Notes under the pieces: generated by a model
Database searches by the model: none
What the model saw: only the letters and a program-made list of their open reading frames with translations
What the model was told of the DNA's origin: nothing
Shown: one piece after another, positions 1-9,356 of the stretch
Layout of the letters: every line of letters starts with the position of its first letter
Numbering within the stretch: position 1 is the stretch's first letter
Made by a program: the position numbers and the translations under genes
Source of the DNA: Geobacter sulfurreducens PCA
Lineage (GTDB): Bacteria; Desulfobacterota; Desulfuromonadia; Geobacterales; Geobacteraceae
Direction: 5' to 3'
Assembly: GCF_000007985.2 (NCBI RefSeq)
Contig: NC_002939.5
Coordinates: forward strand, 1,470,001-1,502,000
DNA: 32,000 nucleotides

Positions 1-1
1 G

Positions 2-331
2 GCCGCTCTCTGGACCGAGGTCTGCCTGGCATTCCCGGCCCTGGGGGCCCTCAAGGCGGGCTATGACGTCTACGCCGTGGAAGATGCCTCCGGCGGCACC
101 ACCCTGACCGCCCATAACGCTGCCATGCGCCGCGTCGAGCAGGCCGGCGCAGTCCCCGTGACCTCACTGCAGGTGCTCCTCGAATATCAACGCGACTGGG
201 CGCACAAGGAGACCTACAACGACGTCATCGCGGTGGTGAAGGAGCATTGCGGGGCATACGGCCAAGGCGTGGAATATGCCTACACGATGGTTCATGGGGC
301 GCCTCCCAGCAGGGGAGGCGCAGGACACTGA
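2..331 (+). CDS. isochorismatase-family cysteine hydrolase (YcaC-like), 5'-truncated by window edge
   Basis: The frame is open from position 2 (ALWTEVCLAFPALGALKAGYDVYAVEDASGGTT...) and continuous with listed ORF 77..331. The VCLAF...YDVYAVEDA stretch resembles the catalytic-Cys region of isochorismatase-like hydrolases. GC is high, like the neighbouring core genes. Confidence 0.6.
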   Translation, partial: AALWTEVCLAFPALGALKAGYDVYAVEDASGGTTLTAHNAAMRRVEQAGAVPVTSLQVLLEYQRDWAHKETYNDVIAVVKEHCGAYGQGVEYAYTMVHGAPPSRGGAGH

Positions 332-441
332 CATCATGGGAAACACAGCAACCGATAACGACCCCGTAACCGCCGCGGTCATGCCGGTTTTCACCCACAT
401 TCTCCGGCCGTGGCTGGGAAAGGACACCTAAGGGGGATATC

Positions 442-2253
442 ATGCGAGCACCTGACCTGATTCTGCATAACGGATCCATCACGACCCTCGATCCGTCCCT
501 GCCGCAGGTGTCCGCAGTAGCCATTACTGACGGACGGATTACCGCGGCAGGCGGCGAGGAACTCCTGGCCTCCGCGGGCCGGGACACGGTACGGATCGAC
601 CTGAAGGGGCGCCGGGCCATTCCCGGCCTCAACGACTCCCACATCCACGTGATCCGCGGAGGCCTCAACTTCACCATGGAACTGCGCTGGGACGGCGTTC
701 CGTCCCTGGCCCTGGCCCTGGAGATGCTCAGGGAGCAGGCCCGGAGAACCCCGCCGCCCCAGTGGGTGCGCGTGATCGGCGGCTGGACCGAGTTCCAGTT
801 CGTGGAGCGCCGGATGCCGACGCTCGACGAGATCAACAGGGTATCGCCCGATACGCCGGTGTTCGTGCTGCATCTCTATGATCGCGCCCTGGTCAACGGG
901 GCCGGCCTGAGAGCGCTCGGCTACACGAAAGACACCCCTGACCCGCCGGGAGGAGAGATCCAGCGGGACAGGGCGGGCAACCCGACCGGGCTCCTGATCG
1001 CGAAGCCAAATGCCCTGATCCTCTACGCCAGCCTGGCCAAGGGGCCGAAGCTCGGTTTCGACGATCAGGTCACATCGACCCGCCACTTCATGCGCGAGCT
1101 GAACCGCCTCGGCATCACCAGCTGCATCGACGCCGGCGGGGGCTTCCAGAACTACCCGGACGATTACCGGGTCATCGAGCATCTGGCCGAACGGGACGAG
1201 CTGACCCTGCGGATTGCCTACAACCTCTTCACCCAGCGGCCCAAAGAGGAATACGACGACTTTGCCCGCTGGATAACCATGACCGGGCCGGGAAAGGGCA
1301 GCGACGTCTACAAAATGAACGGCGCCGGCGAGATGCTGGTCTTTTCGGCCGCCGATTTCGAGGATTTCCTGGAACCGCGCCCCGATCTCATGCCGGCGAT
1401 GGAGGAGGAACTCAAGAAGGTGGTCGCCCTGCTGGTGGAGCACCGGTGGCCGTTCCGGCTCCACGCCACCTATGACGAGTCGATCTCCCGCTTCCTGGCC
1501 GTCTTCGAGGCGGTGGACCGGGAGATCCCGTTTCGGGGGCTGCGCTGGTTCTTCGACCATGCCGAGACCATCTCGAACCGGAATCTGGAGCGGGTCCGGC
1601 GCCTGGGCGGCGGCATTGCCATCCAGGACCGGATGGCGTTCCAGGGCGAGTACTTCGTGGCTCGCTACGGTGCCGAGGCAGCCAAGCGGACCCCGCCCAT
1701 CGCCCGGATGCTCGCCATGGGCATCCCGGTGGGAGCGGGCACCGACGCCACGCGGGTTTCCAGCTACAACCCCTGGCTTTCCCTCTACTGGCTGGTGAGC
1801 GGGAAGACCGTGGGCGGGCTGCCGCTGTATGACGACGCCAATCGGCTCGACCGGACCGCCGCCCTCAGGCTCTACACCGAGGGGAGCTCCTGGTTCTCCG
1901 GCGACAACGGCAGCAAAGGGGCGCTCATCGCGGGCCGGCACGCCGACCTGGCGGTGCTGTCGGCGGACTACTTCGCCGTTCCCGAGGCGCGGATCAAAGA
2001 CATCGAGTCCGTGCTGACCATCATGGGCGGGAAGATCGTTCACGCGAGCGACGAATTCGCCCCGCTGGCTCCGCCGCTGCCGCCGGTCAGCCCCGATTGG
2101 TCGCCGGTGGCTTCGTACGGCGGATACCACGGCAATGCCGCCGTTTCCACCGGCCTGCGGCGTGAGCCGTGCGTGTGCCACAGCCACAGCCCGGCATGGT
2201 CCGGCCCTGACCCCCGTTTCTGGGGGATCGGCTGTGACTGCTTCGCGTTCTGA
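442..2253 (+). CDS. metal-dependent amidohydrolase (Amidohydro_3 / YtcJ-like)
   Basis: 603-aa ORF. It has N-terminal ILHNGSITTLD and PGLNDSHIHV (HxH metal motif), a mid FDHAE motif, and C-terminal GRHADLAVLSADYF, all typical of the family. A GGGGGA RBS-like sequence lies upstream. Confidence 0.8.
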   Translation: MRAPDLILHNGSITTLDPSLPQVSAVAITDGRITAAGGEELLASAGRDTVRIDLKGRRAIPGLNDSHIHVIRGGLNFTMELRWDGVPSLALALEMLREQARRTPPPQWVRVIGGWTEFQFVERRMPTLDEINRVSPDTPVFVLHLYDRALVNGAGLRALGYTKDTPDPPGGEIQRDRAGNPTGLLIAKPNALILYASLAKGPKLGFDDQVTSTRHFMRELNRLGITSCIDAGGGFQNYPDDYRVIEHLAERDELTLRIAYNLFTQRPKEEYDDFARWITMTGPGKGSDVYKMNGAGEMLVFSAADFEDFLEPRPDLMPAMEEELKKVVALLVEHRWPFRLHATYDESISRFLAVFEAVDREIPFRGLRWFFDHAETISNRNLERVRRLGGGIAIQDRMAFQGEYFVARYGAEAAKRTPPIARMLAMGIPVGAGTDATRVSSYNPWLSLYWLVSGKTVGGLPLYDDANRLDRTAALRLYTEGSSWFSGDNGSKGALIAGRHADLAVLSADYFAVPEARIKDIESVLTIMGGKIVHASDEFAPLAPPLPPVSPDWSPVASYGGYHGNAAVSTGLRREPCVCHSHSPAWSGPDPRFWGIGCDCFAF

Positions 2254-2547
2254 GTCGGATCGCCGCCCGCGGTACCACGCACAGCGATCCACCGCTGGCG
2301 GGAATCGCTGCCGCCATCATGGCGATGCCCCGCCAGCGGCATCAGCGCAGAGCTGGTTCACTCTTCATCCCTGCCGCGAGTCCTTCTTCCGTGACGGGCC
2401 CTGCCTCGCCATCCACGGCCAGCGTCATCCCTTTCTTTCGCGCAGCATCTAAATTGCATCAATGTGTGCGACAATGTGCCTTAAAAAGTTTATTAGGTAA
2501 GTCGTAAAATAATCTCTTGATCTATCATCGGGTAATGTGTATTTATT

Positions 2548-2567
2548 GTCTATCGAGATTGTAGACT
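2548..2567. promoter_or_regulatory. candidate operator, site 1 (GTCTATCGAGATTGTAGACT) directly upstream of the Rrf2 gene
   Basis: This 20-mer matches the reverse complement of 3056..3075 at 16/20 positions, including a 9-nt perfect core GTCTATCGA. It sits in an AT-rich intergenic region. Confidence 0.4.
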
Positions 2568-2568
2568 T

Positions 2569-3030
2569 ATGATATCGAAAAAGACAAAATACGCGCTCAA
2601 GGCGATGCTTTACCTGGCCCGGGAGCGGGACAAGGGCCCGATCCTCATTGCCGACCTGGCGCGGGACGAGCGGATTCCCAAGAAGTTCCTGGAGCTGATC
2701 CTGCTGGCCCTCAAGAACGCGGGGGTGCTCCAGAGCAAGAAGGGGAAGGGGGGCGGCTACTACCTCGCCCAGTCCCCGCGGGAGATCAGCATGGGCCGGA
2801 TCATCCGCATCCTGGAGGGCCCCCTGGCCCCGGTCCAGTGCGTGAGCGAGACCTCCTACTCCCGGTGCGAGGAGTGCGACGACGAGTGGAGCTGCGGCAT
2901 TCGGCTCGTCATGAAGGATGTGCGCGACGCCATGGCCACGATCCTCGACGGGGCCACCCTGGCCGATGTGCTGGAGCGGGTGGAGCGGGAAAAGCAGAAG
3001 AAGGACGGAGTGCTTTTTTACACGATCTGA
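2569..3030 (+). CDS. Rrf2-family transcriptional regulator
   Basis: The MISKKTKYALKAMLYLA N-terminal wHTH signature is typical of Rrf2/IscR/CymR proteins. A C-terminal Cys cluster (CVSETSYSRCEECDDEWSC) could bind an Fe-S cluster. The gene lies directly upstream of sulfate uptake genes. Confidence 0.85.
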   Translation: MISKKTKYALKAMLYLARERDKGPILIADLARDERIPKKFLELILLALKNAGVLQSKKGKGGGYYLAQSPREISMGRIIRILEGPLAPVQCVSETSYSRCEECDDEWSCGIRLVMKDVRDAMATILDGATLADVLERVEREKQKKDGVLFYTI

Positions 3031-3055
3031 ACGGGGCGTTTTTTTATACTTTATT

Positions 3056-3075
3056 AGACTACTAAGTCGATAGAC
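3056..3075. promoter_or_regulatory. candidate operator, site 2 (reverse complement GTCTATCGACTTAGTAGTCT) upstream of sbp
   Basis: It shares a 16/20 match with site 1. TAGACTA occurs twice here (3055-3061 and 3071-3077). The site is 23 nt upstream of the sbp start. Confidence 0.4.
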
Positions 3076-3097
3076 TAAAAACCAAAAGGAGCCGACC

Positions 3098-4111
3098 ATG
3101 AAACCGATCAAGACCATCGCAGCCGCAGCCGCAGCATTCCTCGCCCTTGCCGCACCCCTGGGGGCCCGCGCCGAGGTGAGCCTCCTCAACGTCTCCTACG
3201 ACCCGACCCGGGAGCTGTACCAGGACTACAACGCCGCCTTTGCCGCCCACTGGAAGGGGAAGGGCGGGGGGCCGGTCACGGTGAAACAGTCCCACGGCGG
3301 TTCGGGCAAACAGGCCCGGGCGGTCATCGACGGCCTGGAGGCCGATGTGGTTACCCTGGCACTGGCCTATGACATCGACGAAATCGCGGGAAAGGCGAAG
3401 CTGATCCCTGCCAACTGGCAGAAACGGCTGCCCCACAACAGCTCCCCCTACACCTCAACCATCGTGTTCCTGGTCCGCAAGGGGAACCCCAGGAACATCC
3501 GCGACTGGAACGACCTGGTCCGCCCCGACGTCAAGGTGATCACCCCCAATCCCAAAACCTCCGGCGGGGCCCGCTGGAACTACCTGGCCGCCTGGGGCTA
3601 CGCCCTGAAGCAGAAGGGGGGGAGCGAGGCAACGGCCCGCGACTTCGTGACCAGGCTCTACAAGAACGTGCCGGTGCTCGATTCCGGTGCCCGGGGCGCC
3701 ACCACCACCTTTGTCCAGCGCGGCCAGGGCGACGTGCTCCTGGCGTGGGAGAACGAGGCCTTCCTGGCCGTGAACGAACTGGGCAAGGACAAATTCCAAA
3801 TTGTGGTGCCGTCGGTCAGCATCCTGGCCGAGCCGCCGGTGACGGTGGTGGACAAGGTGGTCGACCGGAAAGGGACCCGCGCGGTGGCCGAAGCGTACCT
3901 GAAGTACCTCTACACCCCGGCCGGCCAGGAGATCGCGGCCAAGCACTACTACCGTCCCATCGACAAGAACGTGGCGGCCAAGTATGCCCCGGTCTTCCCG
4001 AAGGTGAAGCTCTTCACCATCGACGACACCTTCGGCGGCTGGCAGGCGGCCCAGAAGAAGCACTTCGCCGACGGCGGGGTGTTCGACCGGATCTACGGCC
4101 CGGGCAAGTAA
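3098..4111 (+). CDS. sbp: sulfate/thiosulfate ABC transporter substrate-binding protein
   Basis: Signal peptide [38 protein letters not shown] and [20 protein letters not shown] are typical of Sbp/CysP. An AAGGAG RBS is present. The gene is followed by cysTWA. Confidence 0.9.
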   Translation: MKPIKTIAAAAAAFLALAAPLGARAEVSLLNVSYDPTRELYQDYNAAFAAHWKGKGGGPVTVKQSHGGSGKQARAVIDGLEADVVTLALAYDIDEIAGKAKLIPANWQKRLPHNSSPYTSTIVFLVRKGNPRNIRDWNDLVRPDVKVITPNPKTSGGARWNYLAAWGYALKQKGGSEATARDFVTRLYKNVPVLDSGARGATTTFVQRGQGDVLLAWENEAFLAVNELGKDKFQIVVPSVSILAEPPVTVVDKVVDRKGTRAVAEAYLKYLYTPAGQEIAAKHYYRPIDKNVAAKYAPVFPKVKLFTIDDTFGGWQAAQKKHFADGGVFDRIYGPGK

Positions 4112-4184
4112 CGTGATGCAGGGGCTGCGCGATGGCGTAAAATCCGCAGCCCCTGCATTGGGATTATGCAAAGGACCAACCACC

Positions 4185-5018
4185 ATGGCGACAAGACCAA
4201 TCACGCGAACCACCGTCATTCCCGGCTTCGGCCCGGCCCTGGGCTACACGGTCTTCTACCTCTCCCTGGTCGTGCTCCTGCCGCTCTCGGCCCTGGCGGT
4301 GAAAACGGCCAGCCTCACCTGGGGGGAATTCCTCGCCACCGTGGCAGCCCCCCGGGTGCTGGCCTCCTACCGGGTCACCTTCGGCGCGGCCCTGGCCGCT
4401 GCCGGGGTCAACGCGGTCTTCGGTCTCTTGGTGGCCTGGGTGCTCGTGCGCTACCGCGTGCCGGGCAAGCGGCTGATCGACGCCCTGGTCGATCTCCCCT
4501 TCGCGCTCCCCACGGCCGTGGCCGGCATCACCCTGTCGTCGGTCTATGCCGCCAACGGCTGGATCGGCCGGTTCCTGGAGCCCCGGGGGATCGAGGTCGC
4601 CTTCACCCCGCTGGGGATCTTCGTGGCCATGACCTTCATCGGTCTCCCCTTTGTGGTGCGGACGGTGCAGCCGGTTCTGGAAGAGCTGGAAGAGGAGATC
4701 GAGGAGGCCGCCGCCTGCCTGGGCGCTACCCGCTGGCAGACCTTCCGCAGGGTCCTGTTCCCGGAGCTGTTCCCGGCGGCGCTGACCGGCTTTGCCCTGG
4801 CCTTTGCCCGGGGCGTGGGCGAGTACGGCTCCATCATCTTCATCGCCGGCAACATGCCGATGGTGTCCGAGATCACCCCGCTCCTGATCATCACCAAGCT
4901 GGAGCAGTACGACTATGCCGGCGCCACCGCCATCGCCACGGTGATGCTCCTGTTCTCGTTCCTGATGCTCCTGGCCGTGAACCTGCTCCAGAAGTGGAGC
5001 CGGCGCCACGCCGCCTGA
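4185..5018 (+). CDS. cysT: sulfate ABC transporter permease CysT
   Basis: Multi-TM protein with an EAA-loop ([24 protein letters not shown]). I prefer the ATG at 4185 (MATRPITR...) over the track start at 4113, which would abut the sbp stop. Confidence 0.85.
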   Translation: MATRPITRTTVIPGFGPALGYTVFYLSLVVLLPLSALAVKTASLTWGEFLATVAAPRVLASYRVTFGAALAAAGVNAVFGLLVAWVLVRYRVPGKRLIDALVDLPFALPTAVAGITLSSVYAANGWIGRFLEPRGIEVAFTPLGIFVAMTFIGLPFVVRTVQPVLEELEEEIEEAAACLGATRWQTFRRVLFPELFPAALTGFALAFARGVGEYGSIIFIAGNMPMVSEITPLLIITKLEQYDYAGATAIATVMLLFSFLMLLAVNLLQKWSRRHAA

Positions 5019-5034
5019 CCCGGAGGACCCGACC

Positions 5035-5865
5035 ATGCCATCATCCATCCGCACCCGTACCGAACCGGCCCCGGTCCGCTGGGCGCTCACCGCCGGCGCG
5101 CTCCTGTTCCTCGGCCTCTTTCTCTTCGTGCCCCTGGCCGCGGTCTTTGCCCAGGCCCTGGAAAAGGGGTGGGGCGCCTACCTGGCCGCCATCCGCGAGC
5201 CCGACGCCCTGGCGGCGGTGAAGCTGACCCTCGTCACAGCCGCCATCAGCGTTCCCCTGAACCTGGTCTTCGGCGTGGTCGCGGCCTGGGCCATCGCCAA
5301 GTTCCAGTTCCGGGGCAAGCAGCTCCTGATCACCCTGATCGATCTGCCGTTTTCGGTGTCGCCGGTCATCTCGGGCCTGATCTACGTCCTGCTGTTCGGG
5401 CTCCAGGGATGGCTCGGCCCCTGGCTCCAGGACCACGACGCGAAGATCATCTTCGCCGTGCCCGGCATCGTCCTGGCCACGGTCTTCGTCACCTTCCCCT
5501 TCGTGGCCCGGGAGCTGATCCCGCTCATGGAGGCCCAGGGCACGGACGAGGAAGAGGCGGCCATCACCCTGGGGGCGAACGGCTTCCAGACCTTTTGGCG
5601 GGTGACCCTCCCCAACATCAAGTGGGGGCTCCTTTACGGGGTGATCCTGTGCAACGCCCGGGCAATGGGCGAGTTCGGCGCGGTCTCGGTGGTTTCCGGC
5701 CATATCCGGGGCGAGACCAACACCATCCCCCTCCACGTGGAGATCCTCTACAACGAGTACAACTACGCCGCCGCCTTTGCCGTGGCCTCGCTCCTGGCCC
5801 TGCTGGCCCTGGTCACCCTGGTCCTGAAGAGCGTGGTCGAGTGGCGGATGCGCGCCGACGCCTGA
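5035..5865 (+). CDS. cysW: sulfate ABC transporter permease CysW
   Basis: Multi-TM protein with an EAA-loop ([23 protein letters not shown]). Its position between cysT and cysA fits. Confidence 0.85.
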   Translation: MPSSIRTRTEPAPVRWALTAGALLFLGLFLFVPLAAVFAQALEKGWGAYLAAIREPDALAAVKLTLVTAAISVPLNLVFGVVAAWAIAKFQFRGKQLLITLIDLPFSVSPVISGLIYVLLFGLQGWLGPWLQDHDAKIIFAVPGIVLATVFVTFPFVARELIPLMEAQGTDEEEAAITLGANGFQTFWRVTLPNIKWGLLYGVILCNARAMGEFGAVSVVSGHIRGETNTIPLHVEILYNEYNYAAAFAVASLLALLALVTLVLKSVVEWRMRADA

Positions 5866-5899
5866 CCCGGACGCCGCAGCGAAATAAAGGAACCAAGAC

Positions 5900-6931
5900 A
5901 TGAGCATCGAGATCGCCAACGTCACCAAGCAGTTCGGCAGCTTCACCGCCCTGGACAACGTGAACCTGGCCGTCCCCTCCGGGGAGCTGACCGCCCTCCT
6001 GGGCCCCTCGGGCTCGGGCAAGACCACCCTGTTGCGGATCATCGCCGGCCTGGAGACGCCGGACGCCGGCTCGATCCGCTTCGACGGCGAGGAAACCACC
6101 GACCGCCACGTGCGGGAGCGTCAGGTCGGCTTCGTGTTCCAGCACTACGCCCTGTTCCGGCACATGACCGTGGAGGAGAACGTGGCCTTCGGCCTCACCG
6201 TGAAGCCGCGCCGGGAGAGGCGGCCGAAACAGGAGATCAGGGAGCGGGTTCACGAGCTCCTGCGCCTGGTGCAGCTTGAGGGGCTTGCCGCCCGCTTCCC
6301 GTCCCAGCTCTCCGGCGGCCAGCGCCAGCGGGTGGCCTTGGCCCGGGCCCTGGCCGTGGAACCCAAGGTGCTGCTCCTGGACGAGCCCTTCGGCGCTCTG
6401 GACGCCAAGGTGCGGGTGGAGCTGCGGCGCTGGCTGCGCCGGCTCCACGACGAGATCCACGTCACCAGCGTCTTCGTCACCCACGACCAGGAAGAGGCCC
6501 TGGAAGTGGCCGACCGGATCGTGGTCATGAACAGGGGGCGGATCGAGCAGGTGGGTACCCCGGCGGAGGTCTACGACCAGCCGGCCAATCCCTTTGTCTT
6601 CGACTTCCTGGGCAGCGTCAACCTCTTCCACTGCCGGGCCGAGCAGGGACAGGCGCGGGCCGCGTCCCCGGACCTGCCGGTGGGTTATGTGCGCTCCCAC
6701 GACATCGAGGTGGAGCGGAGCCAGACCGCCGACGCCGTGGAGGCCCAGGTGCGCCACATCCAGTCCGTGGGCCCGGCCGTGCGGGTAGAGCTCCTGGTGC
6801 GCGGCACCGGCAAGACCGTCGAGGCGGAACTCTCCCGCGACGGCGCCGAGCGCCTCGCCCTCAGCCCCGGCGAAACGGTCTATGCCCGGCCGCGCAGGAT
6901 TCAGACCTTTGTGGAGGATTATCAGATATGA
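5900..6931 (+). CDS. cysA: sulfate ABC transporter ATP-binding protein CysA
   Basis: Walker [13 protein letters not shown] signature [15 protein letters not shown], Walker B LLLDEPF, plus a C-terminal regulatory (TOBE-like) extension. Confidence 0.9.
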   Translation: MSIEIANVTKQFGSFTALDNVNLAVPSGELTALLGPSGSGKTTLLRIIAGLETPDAGSIRFDGEETTDRHVRERQVGFVFQHYALFRHMTVEENVAFGLTVKPRRERRPKQEIRERVHELLRLVQLEGLAARFPSQLSGGQRQRVALARALAVEPKVLLLDEPFGALDAKVRVELRRWLRRLHDEIHVTSVFVTHDQEEALEVADRIVVMNRGRIEQVGTPAEVYDQPANPFVFDFLGSVNLFHCRAEQGQARAASPDLPVGYVRSHDIEVERSQTADAVEAQVRHIQSVGPAVRVELLVRGTGKTVEAELSRDGAERLALSPGETVYARPRRIQTFVEDYQI

Positions 6932-6968
6932 TGTTCTGCCCGGCGTTTCCGCACGGAGTTGCATAACC

Positions 6969-7763
6969 ATGTTCACCGACCAACAGATCGAGCGCTATTC
7001 CCGCCACATCATCCTGAAGGAGGTGGGGGGCAAGGGGCAGAAGAAGCTCCTGGACGGGAAGGTGATGGTGATCGGCGCCGGCGGGCTCGGGGCCCCCATC
7101 GCCCTCTACCTGGCCGCGGCCGGGGTCGGCACCATCGGCATTGCCGACGCCGACGTGGTGGACCTCTCCAACCTCCAGCGGCAGGTGATCCACTTCACCC
7201 CCGACGTGGGCAAGCCCAAGGTGGAATCGGCCCGGGAGAAGATGGAGGCCATCAACCCCGATGTGAGGGTGCGGACCTACCAGGAGTGGATCTCCGCCGC
7301 CAACATCGCCCGGATCATTGCCGACTACGACTTCGTCATCGACGGCACCGACAACTTCGCCGCCAAGTTCCTCGTCAACGACGCCTGCGTCCTGGCCGGC
7401 ACGCCGTACTCCCACGGCGGCATCCTCCAGTTCGACGGCCAGACCCTGACCGTGAAGCCGGGGGAATCCCCCTGCTACCGCTGCATCTTCCCGGCCCCGC
7501 CGCCAAAGGACGCCATCCCCACCTGCGCCCGGGCCGGGGTCATTGGCGTGCTCCCGGGCGTGCTCGGCACCATCCAGGCCACCGAGGCGATCAAGTACCT
7601 GCTCGGCCAGGGAGACCTCCTCACCGGCCGGCTCCTCACCTACAACGCCCTGCGGATGCGCTTCCGCGAAGTGCCGGTGAAGAAGAGCGCCCGGTGCCCG
7701 GTCTGCGGCGACAATCCCACCATCACGGAACTGGTGGACGAGCTCGACATCGAGACCTCCTGA
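6969..7763 (+). CDS. ThiF/MoeB/HesA-family E1-like adenylyltransferase
   Basis: MFTDQQIERYSRHIILKEVGG start, GAGGLGAP nucleotide loop, and Zn-type CxxC pairs (CYRC, CPVC). There is no rhodanese domain. I prefer the ATG at 6969 over the track start at 6882, which overlaps cysA. Confidence 0.8.
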   Translation: MFTDQQIERYSRHIILKEVGGKGQKKLLDGKVMVIGAGGLGAPIALYLAAAGVGTIGIADADVVDLSNLQRQVIHFTPDVGKPKVESAREKMEAINPDVRVRTYQEWISAANIARIIADYDFVIDGTDNFAAKFLVNDACVLAGTPYSHGGILQFDGQTLTVKPGESPCYRCIFPAPPPKDAIPTCARAGVIGVLPGVLGTIQATEAIKYLLGQGDLLTGRLLTYNALRMRFREVPVKKSARCPVCGDNPTITELVDELDIETS

Positions 7764-7833
7764 TGGATTGTATCTCTGTGATTTCCTCCATGTCTCTGTG
7801 GCGGATGTTCCGTTGTTGAAAAGGAAAAGATCA

Positions 7834-8802
7834 ATGTCCGAGGAGAAGAATACCGCCATCGACCTCAAGAACCTCAAGGCCGGCGGCTTCATCAAGGAGC
7901 GGGGTAAGGATCTCTTCACCGTGCGCCTGCGGGTCCCCGGCGGGCGGCTGCCCGTGGGGCGGCTCAAGAAGATCGCCGAGGTGGCCGAGAAATACGGCCA
8001 GGGGATGGTCCATCTCTCGGTGCGCCAGTCGGTGGAGCTGATCAACATCAACTTCAGGGACTTCGACGCCGTGGTGGCCGAGCTGGGGGAGGGGACCCAG
8101 AAGGTCGCCTCCTGCGGGGCCCGGGTGCGCGTGCCCACCGCCTGCGGCGGCTGCGAGTACAACCCCAACGGCCTGGTGGACACCCAAAAGTCGGCCCTTG
8201 AGGTGGATGAAAAGCTGTTCGGCATCCCCACCGGCCACCACAAGTTCAAGGTCGGCTTTGCCGGCTGCCCCTTTGACTGTCCCAAGTCCGCCACCAATGA
8301 CGTGGGCTTCCAGGGCGCGGTATGGCCTGTCCTCTCCGCGGACCACTGCATCGGCTGCGGCCTCTGCGCCAAATCATGCACCGAAGACGCCATTGCCATG
8401 GGAGACAACGGCAAGCCCCTCTTCATCCCCGCCAACTGCCTCTACTGCGGCGACTGCCTCAAGGTCTGCCCCACCGAGGCCTGGCGGGCGGGAAAAAAGG
8501 GCTACACTGTGCGGATCGGCGGCAAATGGGGCCGCCGCCCCCTGGTGGGCACCCTGTTCGCCGAGTTCCTGCCCGAAGACCAGGTGGTCGACTTCATCGC
8601 CGCGGTCCTGGGGTGGTACCAGGAAAAGGCTGAAGGCCAGGGCAGGATCAGGCTCGGCGACGTGATCCGCGCCCAGGGGCCCGAAGCCCTGCTCGCCCGC
8701 CTGCGGGAGCGCTTCCCCGCCTTCGTGGTCAACGCCACCATTGCCCCCCAGGCCATCGCCACCCAGGTCGGAAAGGAGAAACAGGCCCATGACAACCGTT
8801 GA
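7834..8802 (+). CDS. small nitrite/sulfite reductase-family protein with 2x[4Fe-4S] ferredoxin insert (assimilatory-type sulfite reductase-like)
   Basis: FTVRLRVPGGRL resembles the NiR/SiR ferredoxin-like half domain. Cys motifs CGGCEYN and CPFDCP are present. There are two CxxCxxCxxxCP motifs (CIGCGLCAKSC, CLYCGDCLKVCP). RBS AAGGAAAAG lies before the ATG at 7834. Confidence 0.7.
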   Translation: MSEEKNTAIDLKNLKAGGFIKERGKDLFTVRLRVPGGRLPVGRLKKIAEVAEKYGQGMVHLSVRQSVELININFRDFDAVVAELGEGTQKVASCGARVRVPTACGGCEYNPNGLVDTQKSALEVDEKLFGIPTGHHKFKVGFAGCPFDCPKSATNDVGFQGAVWPVLSADHCIGCGLCAKSCTEDAIAMGDNGKPLFIPANCLYCGDCLKVCPTEAWRAGKKGYTVRIGGKWGRRPLVGTLFAEFLPEDQVVDFIAAVLGWYQEKAEGQGRIRLGDVIRAQGPEALLARLRERFPAFVVNATIAPQAIATQVGKEKQAHDNR

Positions 8803-9013
8803 TCTGCGCGGGGTAACCTGCCCCACCAATTTCGTCAAAGCAAAGCTGGCGCTGGAAACGGTCGATACCGGCGCAGTGGTCGAATTCCTCCTGGACGACG
8901 GCGAGCCGGTGAAGAACGTCCCCCGCAGCCTCAAGGGCGAGGGGCACAAACTCCTTGGCCTCAAGGAGGCAGACGGCTGCTACGTCCTGACGGTGGGAAA
9001 GGGGGAGGAGTGA
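8789..9013 (+). CDS. TusA/SirA-family sulfur carrier (sulfurtransferase) protein
   Basis: 74 aa. MTTVDLRGVTCPTNFVKAKLAL carries the conserved Cys-Pro of the TusA family. The start overlaps the preceding gene by 14 nt (8789-8802), which suggests translational coupling. Confidence 0.7.
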   Translation: MTTVDLRGVTCPTNFVKAKLALETVDTGAVVEFLLDDGEPVKNVPRSLKGEGHKLLGLKEADGCYVLTVGKGEE

Positions 9014-9309
9014 GGCGCCGAGCTTGTTTCACGGCGTGAGACGGTCGGCATGCGCCGGGTGTTTGGAAGGGATCGGACGGAGCGTCTGGTCCCTTTTCGT
9101 TTTTGCCTGCTAGGGAGGGGAAGCGGGCGCACTGGCGTTTTGTCAGGATTTCCCTGGGTTGACCTTTGGTTGGGAATGGTTTATGAGCAGGGGTGCGTAG
9201 AGGCACGGTGGTCACGGTGTGGCCCGGTCAACGCAAGCCGGGTGGGCATGTCGTTCCGGATGTTGTTCACGGTGCGGATTCGGCAATCATGGGTTTGTGC
9301 CGGCGGCAA

Positions 9310-9345
9310 ACAGGTGCTATTATCTGGTCTTATAAACGCACCTGT
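9310..9345. promoter_or_regulatory. inverted repeat ACAGGTGC-N20-GCACCTGT upstream of phd/parE (candidate operator/promoter)
   Basis: The 8-bp perfect arms are at 9310-9317 and 9338-9345. They bracket TATTATCTGGTCTTATAAAC (AT-rich, -10-like TATAAA). The repeat ends 11 nt before the ATG at 9357. Confidence 0.4.
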
Positions 9346-9356
9346 TGGGAGGCCGT

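Noticed and set aside
2140-2253. A Cys/His-rich C-terminal tail of the amidohydrolase (CVCHSHS...GCDCFAF), possibly a separate metal-binding or lipidation module.
   Set aside because: It is short and unstructured-looking, and I have no family knowledge to interpret it. It may simply be a lineage-specific tail.
391-2292. A 633-aa ORF on the minus strand, antisense to the amidohydrolase gene. Similar long antisense or off-frame ORFs occur at 5041-6099, 5813-6976, 6861-8435, 23141-24127, 28646-29296, 29469-30533 and 30633-31547.
   Set aside because: These are typical stop-codon-poor shadow ORFs of GC-rich DNA. Their translations are Arg/Gly/Pro/Ala-rich and low-complexity with no recognisable motifs. 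The opposite or other frame encodes clear, motif-bearing proteins.
3001-3050. A possible intrinsic terminator after the Rrf2 gene (T-runs at 3014-3019 and 3039-3045).
   Set aside because: I could only find a weak 7-bp A/T-rich stem (AAAAGCA/TGCTTTT) and no convincing GC-rich hairpin preceding the T-runs.
4113-4184. N-terminal extensions implied by the ORF-track starts: 4113 for cysT, 6882 for the E1 gene, 7768 for the sulfite reductase, 8741 for tusA, 9345 for phd, 17357 for SIR2-APAZ, 19110 for Ago, 27509 for DUF559, 29344 for the AKR and 30602 for the OYE.
   Set aside because: In each case an internal ATG is preceded by a better RBS, starts the conserved N-terminal sequence of the family, and avoids long overlaps with the upstream gene. 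The extensions look non-coding or repeat-encoded.
9014-9344. A tRNA or tmRNA gene or fragment as the island integration target at the left boundary. I also scanned 28037-28225.
   Set aside because: No T-arm (GGTTCGAATCC-like) or cloverleaf-compatible segment is visible by eye. Only weak 5-bp stems are present.
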